Position numbers and translations under genes: made by a program. 64,000 nt of DNA from Patescibacteria group bacterium (GTDB lineage Bacteria > Patescibacteriota > Patescibacteriia > 2-01-FULL-39-33): assembly GCA_041662745.1 (NCBI GenBank), contig JBAZRV010000002.1:149785-213784 (forward strand). The letters run 5' to 3'. Below are positions 15,877 to 25,823 of this stretch, in pieces (position 1 is the stretch's first letter; each line of letters starts with the position of its first letter). The notes below the pieces were generated by a model. It searched no databases. It was given only the letters and a program-made list of their open reading frames with translations, and was not told the DNA's origin.

Positions 15877-16800
15877 ATGAAGAAAATTATTTCTAAAATT
15901 TCCGATTGGTGCAAGAATGTTTGCGCCAAACGCGAGGGGCAAAGCAATTTCAAGCGCGGTTTGATAATCGGTTTGGCCGTTGCTTTGGTTATTGTCATTA
16001 TTTTGGCGTTAGTTTTATGGCTATCCGGCGTGTGGGGCGGAGGAAAAGACGATTCCCAACCGGCTAATCCTATTGCTGAGGCCAAGGTAATCGTTTTGAC
16101 TTCCACGCATTGCGGCAACAAGTGCTGGGATACCAGTTTGTTTATTGACGCTTTAAAGAGCCGAAGCATCAAGATTACCGACGTAGAAACCCTTAAGGTT
16201 GATGGTTGGTGGCCCTGGAGCAAAGGCAAGGCTTTAGCCAAAAAATTGCAAGTAACCAAAGTTCCGACCGTGGTGGTGGAAACTGATTTCAGCAAGAATC
16301 CTGATTTAGCGGCTTTTTTCAGCAGCACTCTGGGTAATACTGTTGATAATCAATTTGTTTTGACTAAGATCTTGGCGCCTTACTATGATTTGGCTCTCAA
16401 TAAGCTTAAGGGAGAGATTTTGGTTACTTATTTGACTGATGAATCTTGCAAAACCTGCTATGATGTCAAAACCCATGTAACGGCTTTGGAGAATCTTGGC
16501 GTGCCGACCAGCCGATCAAAAACCGTGGATGTTTCTTCGTCTGCCGGCAAGGCCTTGGTTGATAAGTATAAGATCACCAAAGTCCCGACCATTTTAATCA
16601 GCGGGGAAGTCAGCGAGTACCTGGTGTTTACCCAAGCTTGGGCCGATGTGGGAATTGTTGCTGATGATGGCACTTACATTTTTACCAATCTTGACTTGAT
16701 GGGTGATTATAAGGATCTGACCACGGGCAAGGAAATTAAAGCGGATGCCACTAAGGCTTCCGGCTCGGCTGCCGCTCCAATCACGGCAACTACCAAATAG
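15877..16800 (+). CDS. Hypothetical membrane-anchored protein with CxxxC/CxxC pairs
   Basis: N-terminal TM (LIIGLAVALVIVIILALVLWL), CGNKC and CKTC pairs, and an Ala/Thr-rich C-terminal tail. No confident family assignment. Confidence 0.4.
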   Translation: MKKIISKISDWCKNVCAKREGQSNFKRGLIIGLAVALVIVIILALVLWLSGVWGGGKDDSQPANPIAEAKVIVLTSTHCGNKCWDTSLFIDALKSRSIKITDVETLKVDGWWPWSKGKALAKKLQVTKVPTVVVETDFSKNPDLAAFFSSTLGNTVDNQFVLTKILAPYYDLALNKLKGEILVTYLTDESCKTCYDVKTHVTALENLGVPTSRSKTVDVSSSAGKALVDKYKITKVPTILISGEVSEYLVFTQAWADVGIVADDGTYIFTNLDLMGDYKDLTTGKEIKADATKASGSAAAPITATTK

Positions 16801-16813
16801 TTAAAAAAGTTTT

Positions 16814-16844
16814 CAACCCTGCCTCGGCAGGGTTGATTTTTTTT
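16814..16844 (+). terminator. Rho-independent terminator
   Basis: CAACCCTGC-CTCG-GCAGGGTTG followed by ATTTTTTTT. Confidence 0.7.
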
Positions 16845-16875
16845 GGCTAAAGTGTTATATTTTAATCATCTGATT

Positions 16876-17565
16876 ATGAATTTATATATTGTCGCCACGC
16901 CACTGGGCAACTTAAAAGATATTACTCTGCGGGCTTTAGAGACACTTAAGTCCGTACCTTTGATTGCCTGCGAAGACACTCGCGTTTCCGGCAAGCTTTT
17001 GGCGGCTTACGATATTAAAACCAAGACCATTTCCTATCATCAGCACAGTTCGGCCGGCAAGGTTGATTTTTTGTTGGATAAGTTGGCTGAAGCGGGGGAG
17101 ATGGCGGTTATTACCGACGCCGGCACGCCGGGCATTTCCGATCCCGGCAATTTGTTAGTGGAAGCGGCGGTCAAGAGATTCGGCGACAAGTGCCGCATCA
17201 TTCCCATTCCCGGTCCGTCGGCTATTATTGCCCTTCTATCCATCTCCGGGCTGCCGACCGACCGATTTGTATTTTTAGGTTTTTTGCCCCATAAAAAAGG
17301 CAAAGAAACAGCATTAAAAAAAATAATCAATAGCGAGGAAACTGTCATTTTTTACGAATCAACCCACCGCATTATCAAATCCCTGGAGAAATTAAATGAG
17401 CTGATGGCGTTGGGAGGGGAAAGCGACAGGCGAATCGTCGTAGGCCGGGAGCTGACGAAAAAATTTGAAACCGTTTATCGCGGCAATATTAAACAAATTT
17501 TAGATCAATTGAGATCCGATACCGCTAAAGGCGAGTTCGTCGCAGTGGTGGAGGGAAAAAAATAA
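16876..17565 (+). CDS. rsmI: 16S rRNA (cytidine1402-2'-O)-methyltransferase RsmI
   Basis: LYIVATPLGNLKDITLRALETLK…IACEDTR, of the tetrapyrrole-methylase family. The likely start is MNLY at 16876. The track ORF starts at 16843. Confidence 0.8.
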   Translation: MNLYIVATPLGNLKDITLRALETLKSVPLIACEDTRVSGKLLAAYDIKTKTISYHQHSSAGKVDFLLDKLAEAGEMAVITDAGTPGISDPGNLLVEAAVKRFGDKCRIIPIPGPSAIIALLSISGLPTDRFVFLGFLPHKKGKETALKKIINSEETVIFYESTHRIIKSLEKLNELMALGGESDRRIVVGRELTKKFETVYRGNIKQILDQLRSDTAKGEFVAVVEGKK

Positions 17566-17566
17566 T

Positions 17567-19069
17567 ATGTCCAAGTTTTATATCACAACGCCAATCTATT
17601 ATTCCAACGCTGAACCGCATATCGGTTCGGCTTATCCGACGGTTGCCGCCGATGTTTTGGCTCGCTATCACCGTTTGCGCGGCGAAGAAGTTTATTATCT
17701 GACTGGCGTAGACGAGCACGGCCAGAAAATGTCCGATTCGGCCGCGGCCGCAAACAAATCGCCTCAGGAATTTTGCGATGCTATGGCGGCTAAATGGCAA
17801 TTCGCCTGGGATGCGCTTGATATTTCCAATGATGATTTTATCCGGACCACTTCCGATCGCCACAAAGACGGGGTTAGCAAATTGTTATTAAAATTAAGGG
17901 AGGCCGAGGCGATTTACGAAGGGAAATATGAGGGTTATTATTGCAAGGGTTGCGAGGCTTTTGTGACGGAAAAGGACTTGGTTGACGGCAATTGTCCGGT
18001 GCATCAAAGCAAGCCGGAACTGATTGAAGAAAAGAATTATTTTTTTAATTTAAGGAAATACTTGCCGGCAGTGGAACGGTTGATTGATACTGATCAAATC
18101 AGGATTCTGCCTGCCAGCAAAAAGAAAGAAGTGCTGGGCCTGTTTAAGCAGGAATTATCCGACTTTTCCATTTCCCGCCAGAATCTCAAGTGGGGCATAC
18201 CTCTGCCTTGGGATCCGACGCAGGTTGCTTATGTTTGGGCTGACGCCTTAAGCAATTATATTAACGCCCTGGGATACGGCTCCAGCGACGAGTCCAAGTT
18301 AGACAAGTTTTGGCCGGTTGATGTTCATGTCATCGGCAAGGATATTATTAAGTTTCATTGCATTTTCTGGCCGGCAATGCTTTTGGCCGCCGAAATCCAA
18401 CCGCCTCAGGTTGTTTTTGCCCATGGATTTTTTACGGTTGACGGGCAGAAAATGGGTAAATCCCTGGGTAATATTATTGATCCGTTAGAGCTGATTAAAG
18501 GCTTTGGCGCCGATGCCGTCAGATATTTGTTGTTGTCTCAATTCCCGTTTGGGCAGGATGGCGATATCAAAGCGGACAAGTTCGTTACTCAATATAATTC
18601 CGATTTAGCCAACGGCATAGGCAATTTCGCCTCTCGCGTCACGGCAATGGCGGAAAAGTATTTTACCGGCTTAGTGCTCGGCCGTGACAGTGAATTAAAG
18701 GCGGCAACGGAAAATATTATCGGGCAGTATAATCAAGCCATGAGCGATTTTTTGCCCGATAACGGCATTGAAGCGGTCAAGGCCCTGGTGGCCCTGGGCG
18801 ACGCTTACGTAGAAAAAAACAAGCCCTGGGAATTGGCCAAGACTGATATTAAAAGATTAGAAGAAGTGATTTATAATTTGTTGGAATTATTGCGCCATGT
18901 CGGAGTCCTGCTCTGGCCGATTATGCCGGAAACGGCGGAAAAGATATTGGCAGCTTTGGGACAAGGCGATTTCTTCGGCCAAGATTATAAAACCTTGACC
19001 GTGTGGGGACTACTGGAACCTCAAAGCAAAGTGGAAAAAATCGCCGGCTTGTTTCCTCGCATCCAATAA
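17567..19069 (+). CDS. metG: Methionine--tRNA ligase
   Basis: HIGS motif (AEPHIGSAYPTV). Zinc knuckle CKGCEAFV…CPVH. KMSKS-like QKMGKSLGN. Confidence 0.95.
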   Translation: MSKFYITTPIYYSNAEPHIGSAYPTVAADVLARYHRLRGEEVYYLTGVDEHGQKMSDSAAAANKSPQEFCDAMAAKWQFAWDALDISNDDFIRTTSDRHKDGVSKLLLKLREAEAIYEGKYEGYYCKGCEAFVTEKDLVDGNCPVHQSKPELIEEKNYFFNLRKYLPAVERLIDTDQIRILPASKKKEVLGLFKQELSDFSISRQNLKWGIPLPWDPTQVAYVWADALSNYINALGYGSSDESKLDKFWPVDVHVIGKDIIKFHCIFWPAMLLAAEIQPPQVVFAHGFFTVDGQKMGKSLGNIIDPLELIKGFGADAVRYLLLSQFPFGQDGDIKADKFVTQYNSDLANGIGNFASRVTAMAEKYFTGLVLGRDSELKAATENIIGQYNQAMSDFLPDNGIEAVKALVALGDAYVEKNKPWELAKTDIKRLEEVIYNLLELLRHVGVLLWPIMPETAEKILAALGQGDFFGQDYKTLTVWGLLEPQSKVEKIAGLFPRIQ

Positions 19070-19155
19070 TATTTAACTATAAGCTTTTGGCTGTTTGCTT
19101 ATTATTCCACTCACTGTTTCCATAAGCTATATGCCATAAGCCATAAGCTATTCTT

Positions 19156-19677
19156 ATGATTTTCACGCTTGCCGATGTCATTTTAATCATTATTATTTTG
19201 ATTTTCGTGATGTGGGGCTTTGTCATGGGCCTGATACGCACGATTGGCGCTTTAGTCGGCATGATTTTTGGCACTTGGGTGGCCGGCCGTTATTTTATGC
19301 CGGTAGCCGATTGGCTGACGCCGGTATTGATGGGCCATGCCATTGCCGCCAAGATTATCGCTTTTTTGTTTGTTTTTGCCGCAGTGAATCGCTTAACAGT
19401 TTTACTGTTTTACCTGATTGATCGCGGCTTCAAGTTGATTTCCATCATTCCCTTTTTGGGGTCATTGAATCGTCTCGGCGGCGCGCTTTTGGGGTTGGTT
19501 GAAGGCGTTTTGACTTCCGGCATTATCATCTTCGTTTTAGCCAAAATTGCTCCCGATATTTCTTTGATTAAGGACTCTCTGGCTAACTCGCAAGTAGCGT
19601 ACTGGCTGGTTTTGTCGGCTACTTGGCTGACTAAGCTTCTGCCTGAAGCGTTTAATAGAATCCAGTCAATATTTTAA
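19156..19677 (+). CDS. CvpA-family membrane protein
   Basis: Four TM helices. N-terminal ILIIIILIFVMWGFVMGLIRTIGALVG is typical of CvpA. Upstream, three short direct CCATAAGC repeats lie at 19120-19150. Confidence 0.65.
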   Translation: MIFTLADVILIIIILIFVMWGFVMGLIRTIGALVGMIFGTWVAGRYFMPVADWLTPVLMGHAIAAKIIAFLFVFAAVNRLTVLLFYLIDRGFKLISIIPFLGSLNRLGGALLGLVEGVLTSGIIIFVLAKIAPDISLIKDSLANSQVAYWLVLSATWLTKLLPEAFNRIQSIF

Positions 19678-19680
19678 GGT

Positions 19681-20556
19681 ATGTTGGTAGATTCCCATTG
19701 CCATTTGAATTTTATTTCTTTTAGAGATGACGCCACCGCGGTGGCGGCTGATTTTTTGTCATCCAATTACGCCTTGTTGAACGTAGGGGCGCAATATTCC
19801 ACTTCCGAACGGGCGATCAAGCTGGCAGAAAAATTCCCGCGCGGGGTTTATGCCGTAATCGGCTTGCATCCGCTTCATTTAATGGAGGCGGGAGAAGAAA
19901 CTGTTATTATTGACGGCAAACCGCAGACTTTTAAGACTGCGCTAGAAGATTTTGATGCTGATAAGTATCGCCAGTTAGCCCGGTCTTCCAAGAAGATTGT
20001 GGCTTTCGGCGAAACCGGATTGGATTATTTTTATTTCGGTAAATTTTCCACGGCAGAAATCGCGTCATTAAAAATAAAGCAGGAGCAGGCCTTTCGCGGC
20101 TTTATCGCCTTGGCTGAAGAGTTTAATCTGCCGTTAGTTATCCATACTCGGGGATCGGTTGCCGATCCGACTGACGCTTACGATGATATTTTGCGTATTC
20201 TGCGAGATGAAATCGGTTCCGGCAGAAAGGTTCAGGGGGTGGTGCATTGTTTCGGCGGCAATAGTGAACAAGCCAAGGAATTCCTGCAACTGGGTTTATA
20301 TTTGGGTTTTACCGGTATCATAACATTCAAAAAAAAATCCGAGGAAGCGCAACAAATCGTCCGGGAGACCCCGCTTGAGAGGATTTTGGTTGAAACCGAT
20401 GCGCCCTTTTTGTCGCCGGAGCCGTATCGCGGAGCCAGGAATATTCCGCAGTACGTGGAATTTGTAGCTAAAAAAGTCGCGCAACTTAAAGATTTGCCGT
20501 ATGGCGAGGTGGCCGAAGCCACGACCCGAAACGCCAAAAAATTATTCGGCATTTGA
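19681..20556 (+). CDS. TatD-family metal-dependent hydrolase
   Basis: N-terminal VDSHCHL, internal GETGLDY, and HTR… motifs. Confidence 0.85.
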   Translation: MLVDSHCHLNFISFRDDATAVAADFLSSNYALLNVGAQYSTSERAIKLAEKFPRGVYAVIGLHPLHLMEAGEETVIIDGKPQTFKTALEDFDADKYRQLARSSKKIVAFGETGLDYFYFGKFSTAEIASLKIKQEQAFRGFIALAEEFNLPLVIHTRGSVADPTDAYDDILRILRDEIGSGRKVQGVVHCFGGNSEQAKEFLQLGLYLGFTGIITFKKKSEEAQQIVRETPLERILVETDAPFLSPEPYRGARNIPQYVEFVAKKVAQLKDLPYGEVAEATTRNAKKLFGI

Positions 20557-22352
20557 CGTTTATGATTATTTATTTAATCCTATCGCTTGCTTGGCTGCTT
20601 ATTTCAACCTATTTTGCCGGTAGAATTATTTTGCGAATCCTTCCCGTTAACCGGCAATTGGCTACGATATTGGGAATTTTTTTCAGTTTAGCCGTTTTGT
20701 CGCTGATCGCTAATATTTTTACGGCTTGGCTGGCCTTAGCCGATATTTTTATTATCAGCGCTTTTGCTGTTTCTTTGCTTTTGTTGGTCGGCTTATATCT
20801 TTATTATGCTAGACTGCCCGTATTGGACACCGCTATGCGAGCGGGCGGTGAACCGTTTTTGCCCTCTTATTTCAGCTACGCCGCTATTTTATTCGTTTTG
20901 GCTATCATTGGCGGTTATTTTGTTTCTGCCGGCATTAGCGGTGGCGCCTTAACGAGCCCCTGGCAGGTTATTAATCCGTTGTTTTTGGCTGTCGTTTTTG
21001 TTTGTTCTTTGGCCGTCCTGTATTTATCGCAGAGCCGTCTGCCTTTGGCGGCGGCGTTATTTTCCGTCCTGGTCTTTTCCTTGTTGATCCATTCTTATTT
21101 GCTGGTTTATCCCAATGGTTTCGGCGGCGATCGTTTTCGCCATCTCGGGTCGGAATACCGCTTATTGTCGGGATTGGAATATCAGCCAACGCTATTGGCC
21201 AGGGATGTGTGGTATGTCAACGTCGGCGGAATAAAAATTCCCCAGGCTTTGGTTGATCCGGCCAAGTTGTCTTATGGCGCTCAGTGGTCGCTGGAAGTCG
21301 TTGTCTCCAAAATAACTTCAATTGACGTGTTCCAACTCAATCGCTTTCTTTTGCCGCTTTTTTGGTCTTTATTTTTGCCGTTGATTATTTTTGTCAGCGC
21401 TTTATTGCTATATCCCAATCGGCAATTCGCTTTGCTGTCCGCCGTTTTAAGTTCCGGTTTTTATTTATGGCAATATTACGGCGGGCAGGGCTTGCCGGCG
21501 ACTTGGGGCTTGCTTAACTTCGCTTTCGGCGCCATGTTTTGGCTGGCTTACTTGAGGCGTCCAAACGGCAAAACGCCCCTTCTGGCCATGATTTTTACGG
21601 CGCTTAATTATTTTAATTATTCTTTGGCCTTTATTTTGCTGTTAATTTTCGGTGCTTTGTCCTTGGCCGCCCAAAAACGCGGTTGGTTGCCGGTTGTGGC
21701 CTTGTTGGCGCTGGCAGGACTGGTGGCCTTGGATTTTGTTTCCAGCCGGCAAATCAGTTTTCAGTTGGGTAATTTATACCAAGCTTGGACCGCCGGCAAT
21801 TTGTGGTACTTCAATTCCGGCTTAAGACTGTGGCCGCAGTGGGGCCTGGCGCCTAAGATTTTTGATTTGCTTGTGGCCGCCGTTTTTATTTTTATTTATT
21901 TGATTTCCCTGGTTGTTGCCTGGCAACGCAATGATCCGGCCTGGCGTTTGATTTCTTATTTTTCCTTGGTTGTCCTAGGCGCTTATTTCATTAGCTGGGG
22001 ATTCCTGACCGGTGAACATTTATTGGCGCGCCGTTTAACGCTTTTTGCGGTTTTCCCCATTCTTTTATTATTTTGCCAGTTGCTTAGCTCGGTTATTAGA
22101 AAAAGGCGTCAAGCGGAATTGGCCGTAGTTGTTTTGGCTTTGCTGATCGTTGCCAATTATTATTCCGGCCCCGTTATGGATCTGACGGTAACTGATGCCG
22201 ATTGGCAGAAAGCTCAGGCCGTCTGGCAAGAAATAAAATCCTTGCCGGAAAAGCCGTGTGTTAAAGAGCCTTTGCCGGTAATCTTGGCCTTAGAGGCTGT
22301 TTCCGCCAAGGAATTCCAAGAAACAACAAATAATATTATTTGCGACAAATAA
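20553..22352 (+). CDS. Large polytopic integral membrane protein (possibly ArnT/PMT-like glycosyltransferase)
   Basis: 599 aa with more than 12 predicted TM helices. No catalytic motif recognised. Confidence 0.45.
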   Translation: MTFMIIYLILSLAWLLISTYFAGRIILRILPVNRQLATILGIFFSLAVLSLIANIFTAWLALADIFIISAFAVSLLLLVGLYLYYARLPVLDTAMRAGGEPFLPSYFSYAAILFVLAIIGGYFVSAGISGGALTSPWQVINPLFLAVVFVCSLAVLYLSQSRLPLAAALFSVLVFSLLIHSYLLVYPNGFGGDRFRHLGSEYRLLSGLEYQPTLLARDVWYVNVGGIKIPQALVDPAKLSYGAQWSLEVVVSKITSIDVFQLNRFLLPLFWSLFLPLIIFVSALLLYPNRQFALLSAVLSSGFYLWQYYGGQGLPATWGLLNFAFGAMFWLAYLRRPNGKTPLLAMIFTALNYFNYSLAFILLLIFGALSLAAQKRGWLPVVALLALAGLVALDFVSSRQISFQLGNLYQAWTAGNLWYFNSGLRLWPQWGLAPKIFDLLVAAVFIFIYLISLVVAWQRNDPAWRLISYFSLVVLGAYFISWGFLTGEHLLARRLTLFAVFPILLLFCQLLSSVIRKRRQAELAVVVLALLIVANYYSGPVMDLTVTDADWQKAQAVWQEIKSLPEKPCVKEPLPVILALEAVSAKEFQETTNNIICDK

Positions 22353-22390
22353 ATCATCAGTTTGTTACTTTTAATTCATAATCAAATCAT

Positions 22391-22798
22391 ATGGACTGCA
22401 TCTTTTGTAAAATCATTGCCGGAGAAATTCCCTCGGCCAAAGTTTACGAGGACGATAATTTTTTGGCTTTTCTGGATATCGCCCCGGTCAATCCGGGACA
22501 TACTTTGATTATTCCCAAGACCCACCGCGAAACATTGCTGGACCTGCCGGCCGCTGATGCTTGTCGGCTTTTGGGCTTAGTGCAAAAGATTGCGCCGGCG
22601 GTTTTGTCGGCGACCGGAACCAAGGCCTTCAATTTGATGCTTAATAACGGTCCGGCGTCGGGCCAAGTTGTCGGTCATGCGCATTTTCATATCGTGCCTC
22701 GGTTTGAAGGCGACGGCTTGAAACTTTGGCCGGGCCGGGAAGATGAGCCGGGCCGGCAACAGGAATTAGCGGAAAAAATTAAAACGCAAATAAGTTAA
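22391..22798 (+). CDS. HIT-family (histidine triad) hydrolase
   Basis: CIFCKII…, and GHAHFHIVPR (HxHxHxx) motif. Confidence 0.85.
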   Translation: MDCIFCKIIAGEIPSAKVYEDDNFLAFLDIAPVNPGHTLIIPKTHRETLLDLPAADACRLLGLVQKIAPAVLSATGTKAFNLMLNNGPASGQVVGHAHFHIVPRFEGDGLKLWPGREDEPGRQQELAEKIKTQIS

Positions 22799-22810
22799 GA
22801 CAAAAGAAAA

Positions 22811-22835
22811 AAGACGGATTAATTTCCGTCTTTTG
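22811..22835 (+). terminator. Rho-independent terminator
   Basis: AGACGGA-TTAATT-TCCGTCT followed by TTT. Confidence 0.7.
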
Positions 22836-22904
22836 AGTTAAAAAAAGAAAGCCCGCACAATGTCGTACAGGATTTACTGTAGAAATTGTGCGGGTTATTG
22901 TTTA

Positions 22905-23165
22905 TGCTTTTACGCCAGCAAACCATACTTCTTTGCCATTATACTCTCCGACATTAAGGTTGACAACCATACCGCGAAATGGATTGTTAGTGTCTACCTT
23001 AAGAAATCTTTCGCCGTTAATTCTTAGCCCGAAGTAGGCGCTACGATACCAGTCATCTCCTCCTTTCCAAAGCAGAGCGTCAGATAATTTTCACGAGCGG
23101 AATAAAAAATGTGGCCATGATTTTCAGCGGTCGCGACTTTTACGCCATTTTTCTAGAAAAGTGGC
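22905..23165 (-). pseudogene. Gene remnant (frameshifted fragments of a beta-rich protein)
   Basis: Minus-strand translation gives fragments such as INGERFLKVDTNNPFRGMVVNLNVGEYNGKEVWFAGVKA* and …GVKVATAENHGHIF…, interrupted by stops. A 400-bp stretch has no intact ORF. Confidence 0.25.
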
Positions 23166-23317
23166 AGAAAGAAAAGTATTAGATTATAACCTGGATTCCT
23201 GGTCAAGCCAGGAATGACAAAAATAACAGAGATCCAGGATAATTTGATTACAAATTTCCGGGATGACAAATAGAAAAGAAAAACACCATCCTATTCGGGA
23301 CGGTGTTTAGTTGTTCT

Positions 23318-23749
23318 TTATTTTGGCTCTTCGGTTTCGGTCTGGGTTTCCTGCAGGCATTCCAGCGCATTGAGCAACGACGATGAGCCGTTGATTTTGT
23401 CAACTACGCAGACAATGCCGTATTGGTATAGCTGCTCATCGTCAAAAAAGTAACTGTAATTGCGCCAAGTCAGGGCGATTACCGGCGGCAGGGTCAGGCC
23501 TTGTTCCCGCCATTTTGCCAGGAGTTTCAAACCGCTCAAGGCTCCCGGGCCATTGCTCAGTTCATCTAATGGCATTTCGGGTTCAATAACGATGGCATCA
23601 AAGCCATCCCTGGCTAATATCTCTCCGGCTTTTTCCAGTTCGGTTCGGGACATATCGCTGGCGTGTACGATGTAACCGGCATCATTAAGCTCTCGCTTCA
23701 GCGCCGATCGGGCTTCATTGTCAAATTCTATCAAAAGCAACCTGTTCAT
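23318..23749 (-). CDS. Stand-alone response-regulator receiver (CheY-like) domain protein
   Basis: MNRLLLIEFD…DAIVIEPEMP pattern (D…D…K receiver topology). 143 aa. Confidence 0.65.
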   Translation of the reverse strand: MNRLLLIEFDNEARSALKRELNDAGYIVHASDMSRTELEKAGEILARDGFDAIVIEPEMPLDELSNGPGALSGLKLLAKWREQGLTLPPVIALTWRNYSYFFDDEQLYQYGIVCVVDKINGSSSLLNALECLQETQTETEEPK

Positions 23750-23787
23750 AGTGTTTTCCCTTATCGGTTTAAGATCATTGACCTGTT

Positions 23788-24363
23788 TTAAAACGATTGG
23801 CCTCTTTTGAAGCGTGGAATTCTACGGTCGTAGGGAAGGGGGATGATCGGTATGCCGGCCGCTTCAAGCATAATCTTACTGACGCGGTGCTTTTCCGCCC
23901 AAGTCGCCTGATAGCCGGGGTCGCCGAGCGAGTCCCAGTCCTGATCAATATAAATTGCAGCGATGCCGCTTCCGACAATCACTTTGGCGCATTCGGAACA
24001 GGGCAGGCCGTTGGTAAAAAGATGGCAACCCCGCAAAGATCGGCCGAGGCGGGCGGCGGTGCAAATAGCGTTAACTTCAGCATGAATAATCCAAAGGTAT
24101 TTTTCCGGGCGTTCCAGCATGGCCGGAGTAATATTTACACCGCGAGGAAAAAGATTGCAACCGACAGAAACTATCCTTTTTTTAATATCAGCCGGAAAAA
24201 GACATCTGCTAAAATTAAAATCAGGCTGGAGTATGACTGCCCCGATATGCGTATTCGGGTCATTGCTGTTAGCCGCGCATAAATACATGGTATCCATGAT
24301 AAAATCAATTCCCGTTTCAGACATTTTTCTTTTCCGCTCTTCTAACCCCGCTGATTGCAACAT
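23788..24363 (-). CDS. dCMP/cytidine deaminase-family zinc enzyme (ComEB-like)
   Basis: HAEVNAI…PCSECAKVI zinc-binding signature. Confidence 0.8.
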   Translation of the reverse strand: MLQSAGLEERKRKMSETGIDFIMDTMYLCAANSNDPNTHIGAVILQPDFNFSRCLFPADIKKRIVSVGCNLFPRGVNITPAMLERPEKYLWIIHAEVNAICTAARLGRSLRGCHLFTNGLPCSECAKVIVGSGIAAIYIDQDWDSLGDPGYQATWAEKHRVSKIMLEAAGIPIIPLPYDRRIPRFKRGQSF

Positions 24364-24493
24364 CTGTGTTTCTCCCTTTTGATCAGTTTTTTGCTGTTTT
24401 AAGGTTCCTTGATCATCCTATGATAACTCAAAAACCGCCGTTTGTCAAGAGTGGCGGTTTATTCTATGTTTTTATGGATTTTTATTAGACTTA

Positions 24494-25822
24494 CTATTGG
24501 ATGGCCAGTTTATAAATGCCTGCCTGTTCGTCGGCCGGGCTACTGAAATAAAGATTGTTGCCGGCGCGATCAAGTTGGATAAAATTAGCGGGAGCCTCAG
24601 CTATTGTGATAATATTGCGCAATTCGCGGTTATCCAGTTCAATGACCTTTAATTGTCCTTCGGTGGCGAAAAAAATGTAACGTCCGGTCGGATGCCAAGC
24701 GGCGGCGGTAACGGGCTGGCCCAGCCGGGTAATCAGTTCGGGCTCGTCCTTGGCGCTGTTATAAATGGCTAATTCAAAATCGTTATAGATCAGGGCGGAA
24801 TCATCGGCCAGGAAATCAAAGGATTTGGCTTTCAGGCTGGCGGTTTTGGCTTTACCGGCCAAATCAATTACTCGCAACTCGCCACTGAGCCGGTTGAAAA
24901 GATATAAGCGATTGCCTTTGATCGTCTCAATTCGGCAGGCGTCGCAATTTATAGTTGTTATGACGTTGGTGTCGGCGTTAACCGGGGTGCCTCGGCTTAG
25001 AACGGAATTTCTGAAGGTATAAAGATTCTGCCCGTCAAAGTAGAAATCGGCAGTAATGTTTTTTAATATTTGTTTGGCGGTTAAATTGGAAACGTCAATT
25101 TGCCATAAACCAGCTTTGTCGTTGGCATAAAGCGTATCGGAATTTTTGTCCCATTTAACGGCCGAATAACTTTTTATCGGCAATTTATCGTATTTTTTTA
25201 AAAAAGCGTCTATAAGGAAATAGGTCTTAGCGTTGCTTTTTACGCCTTCGGCGATCAGATAACGCCCGGTCGGGGAGTAACTGGTTAATTTAACTTCATT
25301 GTAGTCGGTGATTTGGGCGATTATCTCCAGTGAGCCGCCGGACAATTCTCCGAACAATCCCGAATTGACGTCAATAATGCCGATTGATCCGTCCATTTGG
25401 CTGAAGGCGGCAATATTTTTATCGGGTGAAATGAGCCAGGAAGAAGCGCTGGTGGTGGTGTTTAATTTTTCCGCCACGGACTTTTTCCAGAGGATTATTT
25501 TTTCGGCGAAAGTGGTATTGTTTTCCGTAATCGGCAGTTTTTTCTGCCAATCCAAATAACCCTCTTTAGCCAGTTTTATTTCATAATCGCCGGGCATCAA
25601 ATATTGGATTTTGGCCGGCGTTTGCCTGCTTTGCGCTTGGCCGTTAAGGTAGATGCCGGCGCCACGAGGGACAGAGGTGATGCGCAGGATGCCAGTTTTC
25701 TGTACTCGGCCCTTGCTGAAATTATAACGATAACCGGCCGTATAAGCGATAATCAGTGGTGTAACAACCAGGAAAATTATGATGAAGGAAATGTAGGTTA
25801 GGCGACGGTATAATAAGGTCAT
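24494..25822 (-). CDS. Membrane-anchored PEGA-domain protein with a beta-propeller (TolB-like)
   Basis: TM helix, then a PEGA-like segment (RITSVPRGAGIYLNGQAQSRQTPAKIQYLMPGDYEIKLAKEGY), then repeated propeller blades. The track ORF extends to 25999. The start at MTLLYRR (25822) is more plausible and abuts the murA stop. Confidence 0.5.
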   Translation of the reverse strand: MTLLYRRLTYISFIIIFLVVTPLIIAYTAGYRYNFSKGRVQKTGILRITSVPRGAGIYLNGQAQSRQTPAKIQYLMPGDYEIKLAKEGYLDWQKKLPITENNTTFAEKIILWKKSVAEKLNTTTSASSWLISPDKNIAAFSQMDGSIGIIDVNSGLFGELSGGSLEIIAQITDYNEVKLTSYSPTGRYLIAEGVKSNAKTYFLIDAFLKKYDKLPIKSYSAVKWDKNSDTLYANDKAGLWQIDVSNLTAKQILKNITADFYFDGQNLYTFRNSVLSRGTPVNADTNVITTINCDACRIETIKGNRLYLFNRLSGELRVIDLAGKAKTASLKAKSFDFLADDSALIYNDFELAIYNSAKDEPELITRLGQPVTAAAWHPTGRYIFFATEGQLKVIELDNRELRNIITIAEAPANFIQLDRAGNNLYFSSPADEQAGIYKLAIQ

Positions 25823-25823
25823 A

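Noticed and set aside
17040-19421. Various 60-110-aa ORFs antisense to or nested in metG, rsmI and cvpA (e.g. 17040-17348 minus, 17525-17863 minus, 19212-19421 plus)
   Set aside because: They are embedded in well-supported genes, Arg/Pro/Gly-rich from out-of-frame reading, and have no motifs.
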